This document shows, in pieces, positions 51,273 through 63,431 of a stretch of DNA of 64,000 nucleotides (positions are counted from its first letter, which is position 1; the number at the start of each line of letters is the position of its first letter). The translations under genes were made by a program, and so were the position numbers. The notes under the pieces are model-generated. The model was not told where the DNA came from, searched no databases, and saw only the letters and a program-made list of their open reading frames with translations. The DNA is from Escherichia phage CJY920, in the sequence record PQ349265.1; one strand, written 5' to 3'.

Positions 51273-51953
51273 ATGATAGATAAAGATTATATTGCAGAGC
51301 TGAAGGCTCTTGATGATAATAAAGAAGCTAAGGCTAAATTAGCTGAATATGCTGAACAGTTTGGTATAAAGGTCAAAAAGAATAAATCTTTTGATAATAT
51401 CGTTAATGATATTGAAGAAGCCCTCCAGAAGCTCGCTAGTGAACCTATGCCAGAGACTGATGGGTTATCTATTAAAGACTTAATCAATGCTGCTGATGCC
51501 GCAGAGGGGTTAAAATATGACGATGAAGAAGTCAATCCAGAAGCAGCACTTCTGATTGATTCTCCGGTTAAATCTGATATTAAAATTGAAGTAGTAGAAA
51601 CGGATAAAATTCCCGAAAATACAGATGTTTTGATTGAAGATACTCCTTTTGTTGAAGAAAAATTTGAACAGGCTGTAGCTGAGATTATTGAATCTGAAAA
51701 GCCGTCTGTATTTACTCTTCCGGAAAACTTTAGTCCGAATCTTCAGCTGATTGGAAAAAATCCAGGATTCTGCACTGTTCCTTGGTGGATTTATCAATGG
51801 ATAGCTGAAACTCCGGATTGGAAATCTCACCCAACTAGTTTTGAACACGCGTCGGCACACCAAACTTTATTTAGCTTAATTTACTACATTAACCGTGACG
51901 GATCAGTTCTAATTCGTGAAACACGCAATTCTTCTTTCGTAACATTAAAATAA
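51273..51953 (+). CDS. inh: Inh-like inhibitor of prohead protease (226 aa)
   Basis: 226 aa acidic protein directly upstream of hoc. Confidence 0.6.
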   Translation: MIDKDYIAELKALDDNKEAKAKLAEYAEQFGIKVKKNKSFDNIVNDIEEALQKLASEPMPETDGLSIKDLINAADAAEGLKYDDEEVNPEAALLIDSPVKSDIKIEVVETDKIPENTDVLIEDTPFVEEKFEQAVAEIIESEKPSVFTLPENFSPNLQLIGKNPGFCTVPWWIYQWIAETPDWKSHPTSFEHASAHQTLFSLIYYINRDGSVLIRETRNSSFVTLK

Positions 51954-51962
51954 GGATAACTT

Positions 51963-53093
51963 ATGACTTTTACAGTTGATATAACTCCTAAAACACCTAC
52001 TGGAGTTATAGATCAGACTCAGCAGTTTACTGCTACACCCAGTGGTCAAACTGGAGATGGACCTATTACATATGTTTGGACTGTAGACGGTGCTCAACAG
52101 GAAGAAACGTCAGCAACTTTTAATTATGTATTAAAAGGACCTGCCGGTCAAAAGACTATTAAAGTAGTTGCAACAAATCAAGTTGCCGATAGTAGTCCCG
52201 AAACAGCTGAAATTAGTACAACTATCACAGTTCAAAATAAGACACAAACAACTACTTTAGCCGTAACTCCTGCTAGTCCTGCTGCTGGAGTAATTGGAAC
52301 TCCTGTTGAATTTACCGCTGCCTTAGCTTCTCAACCATCAGGTGCATCTGCTACGTATCAGTGGCATGTAGATGGTTCTCCTGTGAGCGAAGCAACTAGT
52401 GCTACATTCAATTACACTCCTACTACAAGCGGAGTTAAAAAAATTAAGTGTGTAGCTCAAGTAACAGCGACAGATTATGATGCACTAAGCGTTACTTCTA
52501 ATGAAGTATCACTGACTGTTAATAAGAAGACAATGAATCCACAGGTTACATTGACTCCTCCTTCTATTAATGTTCAGCAAGATGCTTCGGCTACATTTAC
52601 TGCTAACGTTACGGATGCTCCGGAAGAAGCGCAAATTACGTATTCATGGAAGAAAGATTCTTCTCCTGTAGAAGGGTCAACTAATGTATACACCGTTGAT
52701 ACATCATCTGTTGGAAGTCAAACTATTGAAGTTACTGCAACTGTTACTGCCACTGATTATGATAGCAAAACTATTACAGCAGAAGGCCAAGTTCAGGTAA
52801 CTGATAAAGTTGCTCCGGAACCAGAAGGTGAATTACCTTATGTTCATCCTCTTCCACATCATAGCTCAGCTTATATCTGGTGCGGTTGGTGGGTTATGGA
52901 TGAAATCCAAAAAATGACTGAAGAAGGTAAAGATTGGAAAACTGAAGATCCAGATAGTAAATACTACCTGCATCGTTACACTCTTCAGAAGATGATGAAA
53001 GACTATCCAGAAGTTGATGTTCAAGAATCACGTAATGGATACATCATTCATAAAACTGCTTTAGAAACTGGTATCATCTATACCTATCCATAA
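51963..53093 (+). CDS. hoc: Hoc highly immunogenic outer capsid protein (376 aa)
   Basis: Tandem Ig-like repeats; 376 aa as T4 Hoc. Confidence 0.85.
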   Translation: MTFTVDITPKTPTGVIDQTQQFTATPSGQTGDGPITYVWTVDGAQQEETSATFNYVLKGPAGQKTIKVVATNQVADSSPETAEISTTITVQNKTQTTTLAVTPASPAAGVIGTPVEFTAALASQPSGASATYQWHVDGSPVSEATSATFNYTPTTSGVKKIKCVAQVTATDYDALSVTSNEVSLTVNKKTMNPQVTLTPPSINVQQDASATFTANVTDAPEEAQITYSWKKDSSPVEGSTNVYTVDTSSVGSQTIEVTATVTATDYDSKTITAEGQVQVTDKVAPEPEGELPYVHPLPHHSSAYIWCGWWVMDEIQKMTEEGKDWKTEDPDSKYYLHRYTLQKMMKDYPEVDVQESRNGYIIHKTALETGIIYTYP

Positions 53094-53098
53094 TCTCA

Positions 53099-53120
53099 GG
53101 GGCTTCGGCCCCTTTCTTCA
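53099..53120 (+). terminator. intrinsic terminator after hoc
   Basis: GGGGC-TTCG-GCCCC hairpin followed by TTTCTTCATTTT. Confidence 0.75.
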
Positions 53121-53181
53121 TTTTGAAAGCACACAAAACACAATCAGAAAACGATGTATATAATGGCACCAACTCGATAAC

Positions 53182-53397
53182 ATGAGATTGATTATGAGAA
53201 CTGAGGTTGTGGTGTTTACTCTTCATGAGTCTGGAAAGTCATTCATTGAAATTGCTCGTGAATTGAACTTACAGGCGAAAGAAGTGGCTGTATTATGGGC
53301 TCGAGCTATGACTGCTAAGAATAAATTTGAGACTCGAGAAAAAGTTGTCTATAGAAAAAGACATATTAATAAGAAGGTGAAAAATGGAACAGTATGA
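53182..53397 (+). CDS. hypothetical protein (71 aa)
   Basis: ATG ORF between hoc and rnlB. Confidence 0.45.
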   Translation: MRLIMRTEVVVFTLHESGKSFIEIARELNLQAKEVAVLWARAMTAKNKFETREKVVYRKRHINKKVKNGTV

Positions 53398-53662
53398 TCT
53401 TTATGAAAATGAATCTTTTGCTAATCAATTACGCGAAAAAGCACTTAAAAGCAAACAGTTTAAGCTAGAGTGTTTTATTAAAGATTTTTCGGAACTTGCT
53501 AATAAAGCAGCTGAACAAGGTAAAACATATTTTAGTTATTATTGCACTGCTCGCGATAAATTGATTACTGAAGAAATTGGTGATTGGCTGAGAAAAGAAG
53601 GATTTAGCTTTAAAGTCAATAGTGACCAGCGTGATGGTGATTGGTTAGAAATTACATTTTGA
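53384..53662 (+). CDS. hypothetical protein (92 aa)
   Basis: ATG overlapping previous ORF. Confidence 0.45.
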   Translation: MEQYDLYENESFANQLREKALKSKQFKLECFIKDFSELANKAAEQGKTYFSYYCTARDKLITEEIGDWLRKEGFSFKVNSDQRDGDWLEITF

Positions 53663-53671
53663 GGATTAATT

Positions 53672-54676
53672 ATGTTTAAAAAGTATAGCAGTCTTGAAAA
53701 TCATTACAATTCTAAATTCATTGAAAAACTTTACAGTTTAGGATTGACTGGCGGCGAATGGGTAGCTCGTGAAAAGATTCATGGCACAAATTTCTCACTA
53801 ATTATTGAACGCGATAAAGCAACTTGTGCTAAACGTACTAGACCGATTCTTCCTGCTGAAGATTTCTTTGGGTATGAAATTATTCTAAAGAATTACGCTG
53901 ATTCCATTAAAGCAGTACAAGATATTATGGAAACTTCGGCAGTTGTATCTTATCAAGTCTTCGGCGAATTCGCTGGACCTGGCATTCAGAAGAATGTCGA
54001 TTATGGTGATAAAGATTTTTATGTATTTGACATTATTGTTACTACAGAAAGTGGTGATGTGACTTATGTCGATGATTATATGATGGAATCATTCTGTAAT
54101 ACATTCAAATTTAAAATGGCTCCACTTTTGGGTCGTGGTAAATTTGAAGAACTTATTAAATTGCCAAATGATTTAGATTCTGTCGTCCAGGATTATAATT
54201 TTACAGTAGACCATGCTGGATTAGTTGATGCAAATAAATGCGTTTGGAATGCCGAAGCAAAAGGCGAAGTATTTACTGCTGAAGGATATGTATTGAAACC
54301 TTGTTATCCTTCTTGGATGCCTAACGGAAATCGTGTAGCTATTAAATGCAAGAACTCTAAATTTAGTGAAAAGAAAAAGTCTGATAAGCCTATTAAAGCT
54401 AAAGTTGAGCTGTCAGAAGCTGATAATAAATTGTTGGGAATTTTAGCTTGCTACGTTACACTGAACCGAGTAAATAACGTTATTTCTAAAATTGGTGAAA
54501 TTGGTCCAAAAGATTTTGGAAAGGTGATGGGACTAACTGTTCAAGATATTTTGGAAGAAACTTCTCGTGAAGGTATTACTCTAACTCAAGCGGATAATCC
54601 TTCTTTGGTTAAAAAGGAATTAGTTAAAATGGTACAAGATGTACTTCGTCCGGCTTGGATTGAATTGGTAAGTTAA
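53672..54676 (+). CDS. rnlB: RNA ligase 2 (334 aa)
   Basis: [44 protein letters not shown] with nucleotidyltransferase KxHG lysine; 334 aa. Confidence 0.85.
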   Translation: MFKKYSSLENHYNSKFIEKLYSLGLTGGEWVAREKIHGTNFSLIIERDKATCAKRTRPILPAEDFFGYEIILKNYADSIKAVQDIMETSAVVSYQVFGEFAGPGIQKNVDYGDKDFYVFDIIVTTESGDVTYVDDYMMESFCNTFKFKMAPLLGRGKFEELIKLPNDLDSVVQDYNFTVDHAGLVDANKCVWNAEAKGEVFTAEGYVLKPCYPSWMPNGNRVAIKCKNSKFSEKKKSDKPIKAKVELSEADNKLLGILACYVTLNRVNNVISKIGEIGPKDFGKVMGLTVQDILEETSREGITLTQADNPSLVKKELVKMVQDVLRPAWIELVS

Positions 54677-54683
54677 ATAAAAA

Positions 54684-54699
54684 GGGACCGAAAGGTCCC
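54684..54699. terminator. bidirectional terminator hairpin between rnlB (+) and gene 24 (-)
   Basis: GGGACC-GAAA-GGTCCC (GNRA loop) flanked by A and T runs. Confidence 0.7.
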
Positions 54700-54705
54700 T
54701 TTGTT

Positions 54706-55989
54706 TTATTCATCAACGATAATTTTTGGTAATTTAACACCTAATAAAACAGACAAATCTGAACGACCCGCCATTTTATCCATGTCTCCACCATCAATTA
54801 TTCTTGCTTCTTTTTCATCTTTTGCTACAGTGTAAGGATTTGCAGATAAAGCATATCTAACCAATAAACCGATAGATGGTTGTAAGCTTTCTGGATCAAC
54901 TACAACTTTAAATGCACCTACATGTTCAGGGTCATCTAAGTCAAGACCTTCTGTATACGGAGCATAGAAAATTGATCCAACAATTTCTTTTTCGCCAATA
55001 TTTTCTACCACGCCAACGATTACATAATCTAATGGGCTGTTAGTATCGCAATAAAGCGGTAAACCATTAGCTAAGAACCCGTAGGCATTTTGTGAAAGAT
55101 ATTTATCATCTTCTGGTTTATGTTTTAACCAACCTGATGCAGCAAGAATCGCAGCGGCACGAGCTGAAGCAACACAGAACGTTGCTGTATAAGTTGATTC
55201 TTTTTGGATATGTGAAACCATTTCACATACCATTCGGTATAATGAACGACCAGCTTCAGGTGCAGATGCATAACTCAAATCAATGAAACCGGTATCAGTA
55301 ATTCCTGTAACTTTATAGCGTTTTGATACTGTAATCAAAGACTGTAAAATATCTTTATTGATTTCATCCGCCATTTCAGTTGCAAGCAAATCTTCCAGGA
55401 AATTAGGAGCATCGAATCCATTTGCTTCTAAATCTTGTGCTAATTCAACTGTGATGCCAGTTTTAAGTTTACGAGATTTAACTGCGGTTTGCCATTTATT
55501 AATCTGGAATCTAGCATCAGCAATTTCGCTATCAGAGCTTTCAAATTTGCTTGTTACCGCAGCATCAGAAAATAGACGAACCTTTAAAAGAACAATTGCA
55601 ATCTGAAGAGCTAATTCTAAATCACTTTCTTCAATGGTAGCAAATGGTGTATCTTCTAATACTTTATAAACGATATTATTATATTTGAATAAATCGCCTT
55701 TATTGAGAGTTAATTTAGACTCTTCTGTTAATTCTGTGATTTGTTCTCGGTCTACGTATCCAGCTTCGCCAGCGTAAGTAGCACCAGTTTTAAATGTAAA
55801 TTCGTTATCTGGGTTAAGGTATTTGATACCATAAAAAGCAGCAACAGGTTGATTAGTTCTTTGCGTTGCTACAATGTCAGAATATATTAATTTAGTTGTA
55901 GCGCGAGTCAAAGCAACGAGATTTGGGCGACCGATTGAGTTGCTATTCGTTGTGGTTGATTCGCGCAGAAGTTCGTTGATTTTAGCCAT
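54706..55989 (-). CDS. 24: gp24 head vertex protein (427 aa)
   Basis: 427 aa; gp23-like fold; late promoter upstream at 56017-24. Confidence 0.85.
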   Translation of the reverse strand: MAKINELLRESTTTNSNSIGRPNLVALTRATTKLIYSDIVATQRTNQPVAAFYGIKYLNPDNEFTFKTGATYAGEAGYVDREQITELTEESKLTLNKGDLFKYNNIVYKVLEDTPFATIEESDLELALQIAIVLLKVRLFSDAAVTSKFESSDSEIADARFQINKWQTAVKSRKLKTGITVELAQDLEANGFDAPNFLEDLLATEMADEINKDILQSLITVSKRYKVTGITDTGFIDLSYASAPEAGRSLYRMVCEMVSHIQKESTYTATFCVASARAAAILAASGWLKHKPEDDKYLSQNAYGFLANGLPLYCDTNSPLDYVIVGVVENIGEKEIVGSIFYAPYTEGLDLDDPEHVGAFKVVVDPESLQPSIGLLVRYALSANPYTVAKDEKEARIIDGGDMDKMAGRSDLSVLLGVKLPKIIVDE

Positions 55990-56088
55990 TGTATTTTCCT
56001 TGTTGAAATATAATACTATTTATAAAGTTATTTACAAGACCAAAGTAATATGATATTATATTCATATACAAATGGAGTGGTGTTTAAA

Positions 56089-56751
56089 ATGAAATATTTA
56101 ATATATCAAATTACTAATATCATCAATGGAAAAATTTACATCGGAGCTCATGCTACTCTTGACGAAAACGATGGTTATATGGGTTCTGGCGTAAACATCA
56201 AAAAATCCATCAAAAAATATGGTATTCATAACTTTAAAAAAGAAATTCTTTATTCTTTCTCCTCATCTGAGGAGATGTATAAAATGGAAGCTTTACTAGT
56301 CAATGAGGAATTCGTTATGAGAACTGATACTTATAATGCTGCTATTGGTGGTAGAGGAAATCCAGTTATAGTTCATTTGCAAGATCCTTCATATCGTAAT
56401 ATGTTATCAATGCGAACAAAAGAAGGAATGACTGCGGAAGTTAAACGAAAAATATCAAAGGCAAAAACAGGCGTTAAGCAATCTGATGAAACTATCGCGA
56501 AGCGAGTTAAAGGGCGCAATGAATATTATAAAACACATGTTCATCCACGAAAAAATAAACCTATATCGATTTCACATCGTAAAGCTATTTCTGAAAAACT
56601 TAGCGGTATTAAAAAATTTATTCCAATATGTATAAAGGGTGTCAAATTTGATAATCCTGATTACGCAGCGGAGCATTTTAAAGTTAGTCCTAAAACTATT
56701 CGCAATTGGATAAATGCGGATGATATGCCTGATTGCTATCGTATAAAATAG
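56089..56751 (+). CDS. segD: SegD-like GIY-YIG homing endonuclease (220 aa)
   Basis: From ATG 56089: MKYLIYQITNIINGKIYIGAH...; sits between genes 24 and 23, antisense to the late genes. Confidence 0.75.
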   Translation: MKYLIYQITNIINGKIYIGAHATLDENDGYMGSGVNIKKSIKKYGIHNFKKEILYSFSSSEEMYKMEALLVNEEFVMRTDTYNAAIGGRGNPVIVHLQDPSYRNMLSMRTKEGMTAEVKRKISKAKTGVKQSDETIAKRVKGRNEYYKTHVHPRKNKPISISHRKAISEKLSGIKKFIPICIKGVKFDNPDYAAEHFKVSPKTIRNWINADDMPDCYRIK

Positions 56752-56756
56752 AAAAA

Positions 56757-56774
56757 GGGAACCCGAAGGTTCCC
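56757..56774. terminator. bidirectional terminator hairpin between segD (+) and gene 23 (-)
   Basis: GGGAACC-CGAA-GGTTCCC perfect hairpin. Confidence 0.7.
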
Positions 56775-56800
56775 TAAAATTGTGCTTCTATCGTTAGAGA

Positions 56801-58366
56801 TTAGATACCTTTAACATATACACGTCTAAAGTAAGCGTTTTTACCAAGGCTATTCAGAATAGAAGGCATACCGCTCTGGATGCGAGAAGCCGGAGCCTGA
56901 GCAGCGGATTCTGCAAATGGGTTGATACCGATACCGTAACGAGTTTTGAATCCCATTACTGGTTGGAAGTTCTTCGGATCGGAACCACGCAGCGGAGTCA
57001 GAGCTACATATGGAGCATAGTAAATACCAGCATCCATTTCGTTCGGACCTTTATAACCTACAGTGAAATAATCCTGTTTAGCATACTGGTCGATATATAC
57101 ACGGTATTTACCACCCAGAACACCAGCAAATACTGACTTGGTAGTATCAGTGTTAAAGCCGGTAGCCAGACCCTGTGCAGCATAAGAAATGCCAGTATCA
57201 ACTGAAGCCAGAACGTTAACTACGTTACGGGAAGCGATAATGAAGTTACCTTCACCACGACCGGTCTGACGAGCAATTTCAACTGCTTCTTTGTCAATCT
57301 GGAACAACAGAGCTTTAAAGGATTCACCCGCCCAGCGAGCACCACGAATATCAATCGGATCCTGGAAGTCAAATACACCAGCTTTAGAACCTGGAGTCAG
57401 GGTCATACCAGATTTACCAACCTGAGCTGAGTAGTTAATCCAATCAACAACTTCACGGTTGATTTCCAGCATGATTTCGGTAGCCAGAATACCAGACAGT
57501 TCAGCATCAGCATCCATACCGTGAACAGCGCGGAGGTCTTGTGCTAATTCGATAGAGTAAGCAGCTTTCAGCTGGCGAGATTTAGCTTCGATAACTTGTT
57601 TATCGATACGGAAGCCCATTTCATTCCATGGGTTATCGGTAGAACCGTTGAAACCTTCCTGAAGTTCAGCGATAGAAGTAGCCATACCTTCAGCGATTTC
57701 TACCAATGCACCAGCTTCCATTTGTTTCTTAATTTCAGCATCTAATTTAGCTGCATCAGTTGCGCTTGCACTAATTGTTACTTGAGCAGAAGCCTGCAGA
57801 TACACAGTACCAGTGTCCTGGAAGAAGTGAGTATAGATATCACCTACTGTGGTTTCTGTGCTAGCAGCCAGAGCCGGGAATTTCTTAGCAGCACCCTGAC
57901 CAGAGAACATTGCATCTGGGCCATACATTGGGTGGAATGCTTCTTTAGCACCGGAAGCGATTGGGTCTTTACCATATACTGCGCGCAGTGCGAATACCTG
58001 GCCAGTCGGGCTGTTCATCGGCTGAACACCGCAAATATCGAAAGCAATCAGGTTAGGAATAGCACGACGTACCATACCCATAACAGCTGGGCCAATCTGA
58101 GTTACTGCGCCAGAAGTCTGACCAGCAGCGATGTTAGTAGCATTGTAACCGTGGTCACCACCGATTTCAGCTTCTGTTAAGAAAGAACCGAACGCCTGAG
58201 CGATTTTTTCGTCTTTGTACTCTGGAGCTGTCTGGAAATCTTTTTCCTGGTTTTCAAAGATTTTAGCGATAATCGCTTGTTTGCTATTAGCAATTTCCGG
58301 TAAACCTTCACCTTCCAGTAATGGCTTCCATTTGTTCAAAAGTTCAGCTTTAGTTTTGATAGTCAT
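56801..58366 (-). CDS. 23: gp23 major capsid protein (521 aa)
   Basis: MTIKTKAELLNKWKPLLEGEGLPEIANSKQAIIAKIFENQEKDFQTAPEYKDEKIAQAFGSFLTEAEIGG... matches T4 gp23 as recalled. Confidence 0.95.
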   Translation of the reverse strand: MTIKTKAELLNKWKPLLEGEGLPEIANSKQAIIAKIFENQEKDFQTAPEYKDEKIAQAFGSFLTEAEIGGDHGYNATNIAAGQTSGAVTQIGPAVMGMVRRAIPNLIAFDICGVQPMNSPTGQVFALRAVYGKDPIASGAKEAFHPMYGPDAMFSGQGAAKKFPALAASTETTVGDIYTHFFQDTGTVYLQASAQVTISASATDAAKLDAEIKKQMEAGALVEIAEGMATSIAELQEGFNGSTDNPWNEMGFRIDKQVIEAKSRQLKAAYSIELAQDLRAVHGMDADAELSGILATEIMLEINREVVDWINYSAQVGKSGMTLTPGSKAGVFDFQDPIDIRGARWAGESFKALLFQIDKEAVEIARQTGRGEGNFIIASRNVVNVLASVDTGISYAAQGLATGFNTDTTKSVFAGVLGGKYRVYIDQYAKQDYFTVGYKGPNEMDAGIYYAPYVALTPLRGSDPKNFQPVMGFKTRYGIGINPFAESAAQAPASRIQSGMPSILNSLGKNAYFRRVYVKGI

Positions 58367-58384
58367 TTGTGTTAACCTTTAAAA

Positions 58385-59194
58385 TTAGAAACGAGATGCG
58401 ACTTTCGCATATACACTTACAATATCTTCTGCACCAGGTGCAGCTTTATCTTCTACAGCTTCAGTGACGAAATTCAGTCCGGCTGCTTCAGTATCAGGAG
58501 TATTTATACCCTCAGTAATAGTGCTTTCATCTTTATTAGACTTCTTCACCATTTCTACGATGGCACTCAATTTACTTGAGAATTCATCTGAATAATCCAT
58601 ACCTTCGACCAGAGCAGAGACTTTTTCTTTTTGAGACTCAGTCAGATCTTTAGTACTTTCGCTCAATGCCACTTCACGCTGCACATAATTGATATATGCG
58701 TCACGCTTATTGAGTTCTTCGAACAGACGAGCTGATTCTTCTTTATGTTCTTGCAGCTCTTCTTCCATTTCAGCTACAACATCAACTGATTCTTCTGGAA
58801 CAACAACGTTGTGTTCAACAAAGAGCTCTTTTAATCCACCAAGCATGGATTCAAACAGTTCGGCTTTGATGCCTTTATCAACTGCTAATTTATTTTCGGC
58901 GAGCCATTCTTTCGCAAGATGGTCGATGAATTTAGAAGCTTGCTCAGCGATTTTCTTCTCAGCTTTTTCTTCGGCTTCTTCTTTATTTTTTTCTACTTCT
59001 TCTTCTGCTTTTTCAGCAATTTTAGCGATATGAGATTCAGCTAATTTAACGGCGTGCTGCTTGACGGTAGCTTCGAATACAGTGCCGAAAGTTTCTTTTG
59101 CTTCCGGAGAAATATTAACTGATTCGAAAATACTATCAAGAGCAACGGAAGCATCAATTTTTTGCGCTTCAGCAATCAGTTGTTCTTTAAGCAT
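58385..59194 (-). CDS. 22: gp22 prohead core scaffold protein (269 aa)
   Basis: Highly acidic coiled-coil protein; 269 aa. Confidence 0.85.
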   Translation of the reverse strand: MLKEQLIAEAQKIDASVALDSIFESVNISPEAKETFGTVFEATVKQHAVKLAESHIAKIAEKAEEEVEKNKEEAEEKAEKKIAEQASKFIDHLAKEWLAENKLAVDKGIKAELFESMLGGLKELFVEHNVVVPEESVDVVAEMEEELQEHKEESARLFEELNKRDAYINYVQREVALSESTKDLTESQKEKVSALVEGMDYSDEFSSKLSAIVEMVKKSNKDESTITEGINTPDTEAAGLNFVTEAVEDKAAPGAEDIVSVYAKVASRF

Positions 59195-59221
59195 TTTGTA
59201 GTCCTGTTGTTTAGATAATAA

Positions 59222-59229
59222 TATTTATA
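59222..59229 (-). promoter_or_regulatory. late promoter TATAAATA for gene 22
   Basis: Plus-strand TATTTATA between the gene 21 stop and gene 22 start. Confidence 0.6.
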
Positions 59230-59863
59230 ACGCTTTTTTCATGGCCTCTGCGAGAGCCATATAGGCGTCATCGGCACTTGTATCGGCTTCCGCCGTCTGT
59301 GATTCGGTAATTTCCTTAGGAGTTACCCATGCATCTGGAGCACTTGGACCCCATACTGCATCAACACCTACAGTTAATTTAAATCCTTCGTTTACGATAC
59401 GATAACCTTTATTTGTGTCAGTCAATGAACCTAATCCACGAGAAGAAACTCCTGGAATCCATCCGGCACGAATATTAGCTGCTAATTTATCTCCAGGACC
59501 ATGGTCACCTTCAATAACACGAGCTCGTCCGTATACGTCATTTCCTTTCCACCACATATCTTCTATAATGATAGCGGCTTGCATCGGGTCAACATTAGCG
59601 CGTGGAGGATGATTTAATTCTCCGAGAGCTTGTTTAGTTAAAACTTGCTCATTGATATAGTCTTTTACCGCTTTTTCTAATATGCGTTTTGGATAAAGAC
59701 GTTTATTTCTATTGACGACTTCCGCTTGCATGAATATTCCTTCGATGTATAAACCAGGTTTTAAACCTAGGTCTTTTCCATCGTGAGATTCAAGCATTGG
59801 CACGCCATCAATAATTTCGCCAGGTTGACCCCAAGTTTCAATTAGTAATTGGGGTTCATTCAT
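59225..59863 (-). CDS. 21: gp21 prohead core protease (212 aa)
   Basis: 212 aa between 68 and 22; start overlaps gene 68 stop. Confidence 0.85.
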   Translation of the reverse strand: MNEPQLLIETWGQPGEIIDGVPMLESHDGKDLGLKPGLYIEGIFMQAEVVNRNKRLYPKRILEKAVKDYINEQVLTKQALGELNHPPRANVDPMQAAIIIEDMWWKGNDVYGRARVIEGDHGPGDKLAANIRAGWIPGVSSRGLGSLTDTNKGYRIVNEGFKLTVGVDAVWGPSAPDAWVTPKEITESQTAEADTSADDAYMALAEAMKKAL

Positions 59864-60288
59864 TAGCTTAATCCTAATGCTTTACGGCGTTTAAGAGCTT
59901 TTTTACGCTTACGCTGAGCACGAGATTGACCTGCTGGATTGGCAATCTTCGTTTTGGTAGCTTTGCGAGCAATTTGTCTACGTTTTGCTTTAGACAGCCC
60001 AGTGGTTTGAAATGCATTACGTTCGCGCGTTTTGCGGTCTTTAGTACGTGTAATTTCACCACGAGCTGAAACATGCTTAACAATGAATTCATTTAACGGC
60101 ATATTTTCATTAATAGAAGCTAATGCAACTGCTAAATCAGTTTCATCATCAAGCATATTCTCGACAATTGTATTTATATCGTCTTTATTTAAAGCAGAAG
60201 ACAATTCGTCAAAGCGACCCTGTGCTTCAGGAATAAGTGCTTCGACATTCTCGAGAACTAATTCATGAGTTTCAGGGATCAGAAGCAT
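59863..60288 (-). CDS. 68: gp68 prohead core protein (141 aa)
   Basis: 141 aa, T4 order. Confidence 0.7.
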
Positions 60289-60529
60289 TATTCATCATCC
60301 TCGTCTTCGTCATCTTCGTCAGAGTCTTTGTCTTTTTTGTCGTCTTTATCATCACTATCTTCGTCATCATCCTCGTCTTCAGGTTCTTCACCTTCGATTA
60401 AGAAATTACGAGCGATAGCGATTTTTTCTTCTTTAATTAAATCAATCGTTCTTGCAGCCATGGCTTCAGCAAATAATTTACGAGCGGCTACGAGGTCGTT
60501 TGATTTAATAGCTTCAATTAAACCTTCCA

Positions 60530-60530
<1 letters not shown>
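60288..60530 (-). CDS. 67: gp67 prohead core protein (80 aa)
   Basis: 80 aa with poly-acidic C-terminus [33 protein letters not shown]. Confidence 0.75.
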
Positions 60531-62155
<1,625 letters not shown>

Positions 62156-62187
62156 TTAAGCAGGATGGGGATTTCTCCCCATTCATT

Positions 62188-62679
62188 TTATTCCCAATAA
62201 TCGAGAGCGAGAGTTACTTCAAAGGTTTGGATTTCATTGTTTGAATCCCAATCTAATTGAAGTTCACCCACGTTAGTAGGCCACAAGCCTTTAATTTCGA
62301 CTTCTTTTGTTACAGTTTTAGCGTCACGAGCATATTGGCGAACAACAGCGCTCTTTTTATATTCTGCTGGTTTTCCACCAGTAATTTCGTTCCCTTGCCC
62401 AGCAGCAATGCTTTGCCAATCAACAAACTTCTGGCGAGCATCATGTGCTTCATCGTTCATTACTGTAATAGTCCAGTCATCGAATGTACGATCGCCTGCT
62501 ACGTTAATTTTACGGTTCATAAATCCGACTGGAATTTTTTCTACAATACCAGCTGGTAAAGCAGTGGCTTTACATTGAAACGTAAAATTTTGTCCAAGAT
62601 AAGAAATTTCTACTTGGAATAAGTTAGGTCGAGCAAAATCACCAGATTCAAACGCTCGTGTTACATCATCTACAAACAT
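62188..62679 (-). CDS. 19: gp19 tail tube protein (163 aa)
   Basis: 163 aa; late promoter at 62693-62700. Confidence 0.85.
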   Translation of the reverse strand: MFVDDVTRAFESGDFARPNLFQVEISYLGQNFTFQCKATALPAGIVEKIPVGFMNRKINVAGDRTFDDWTITVMNDEAHDARQKFVDWQSIAAGQGNEITGGKPAEYKKSAVVRQYARDAKTVTKEVEIKGLWPTNVGELQLDWDSNNEIQTFEVTLALDYWE

Positions 62680-62786
62680 ATTAGCCTCTGTAGTATTTAT
62701 ATCCCTATGTTTAACCTAGGGCATATAGAATTAAAGAATTAAGGATATAGTGTATTTATATGGCCTGCCGAAACAGGCCTTTAGAA

Positions 62787-63278
62787 TCATTCTAGTAAAT
62801 CCCAAAGATCTACGCTATTTCTTTTTGACTTTTCTCGGTTAGATTCCCAAGTGATTATTTCTAAATTTTTTACGCTTGCTATAATTTCCGGCGGAATTAA
62901 ATTATCAAATCCATATTTGATAGATACTTTATGATCGAGTTGGTAAGCACCTTCTACACCGCACACTCCTATTTTATCAGCATTCGGCCATTTTGACCAA
63001 ATTTTTCTTATTTTAGCTGACTTAGTTATAGAATGAACTCTACTAGCATATAATGCAAACTCTTTTCTTTTACCAGTCCATCGAGGATGTTTATCGCCTC
63101 TTTGCCATGGTCTGCTTATTCCGGATTGAACTTCCGAATTTTTAATAGCAACTTGTTTAATACTACATTTTCTACATGCATGTGTGGGTGTTCTATTTAA
63201 AAGCTGAATGCTTCTACTAAATTTAATACCGCACAAATCACATTTAGCGTCAACTATTTTATTACTATTCTTTGGCAT
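62787..63278 (-). CDS. putative HNH homing endonuclease with N-terminal zinc ribbon (163 aa), between genes 18 and 19
   Basis: CDLCG...CRKC Cys pairs; HNH-like YQLDHKVSIKYG...NLEIITWESNREKS; no SD, 7-bp hairpin just upstream. Confidence 0.5.
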   Translation of the reverse strand: MPKNSNKIVDAKCDLCGIKFSRSIQLLNRTPTHACRKCSIKQVAIKNSEVQSGISRPWQRGDKHPRWTGKRKEFALYASRVHSITKSAKIRKIWSKWPNADKIGVCGVEGAYQLDHKVSIKYGFDNLIPPEIIASVKNLEIITWESNREKSKRNSVDLWDLLE

Positions 63279-63409
63279 TAATTCTATTGGAACAGATACT
63301 GTATCATGTTATGATACTTTATATCCTAGAATTGTCGACCACATTTTTGAATGATTTCTTGGTTTTATTGTAACAAACTTAGAAATAATCACTTGTTTCC
63401 TCGAGAATA

Positions 63410-63424
63410 GGGGCCGAAGCCCCA
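63410..63424 (-). terminator. terminator hairpin after gene 18
   Basis: GGGGC-UUCG-GCCCC on the minus strand immediately after the gene 18 stop. Confidence 0.7.
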
Positions 63425-63431
63425 CAATCAA

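Noticed and set aside
56050-56088. Upstream ATG (56050) giving a 233-aa version of SegD
   Set aside because: That ATG lies inside the predicted early promoter (-10 region); the ATG at 56089 has a GGAG SD and begins the GIY-YIG motif.
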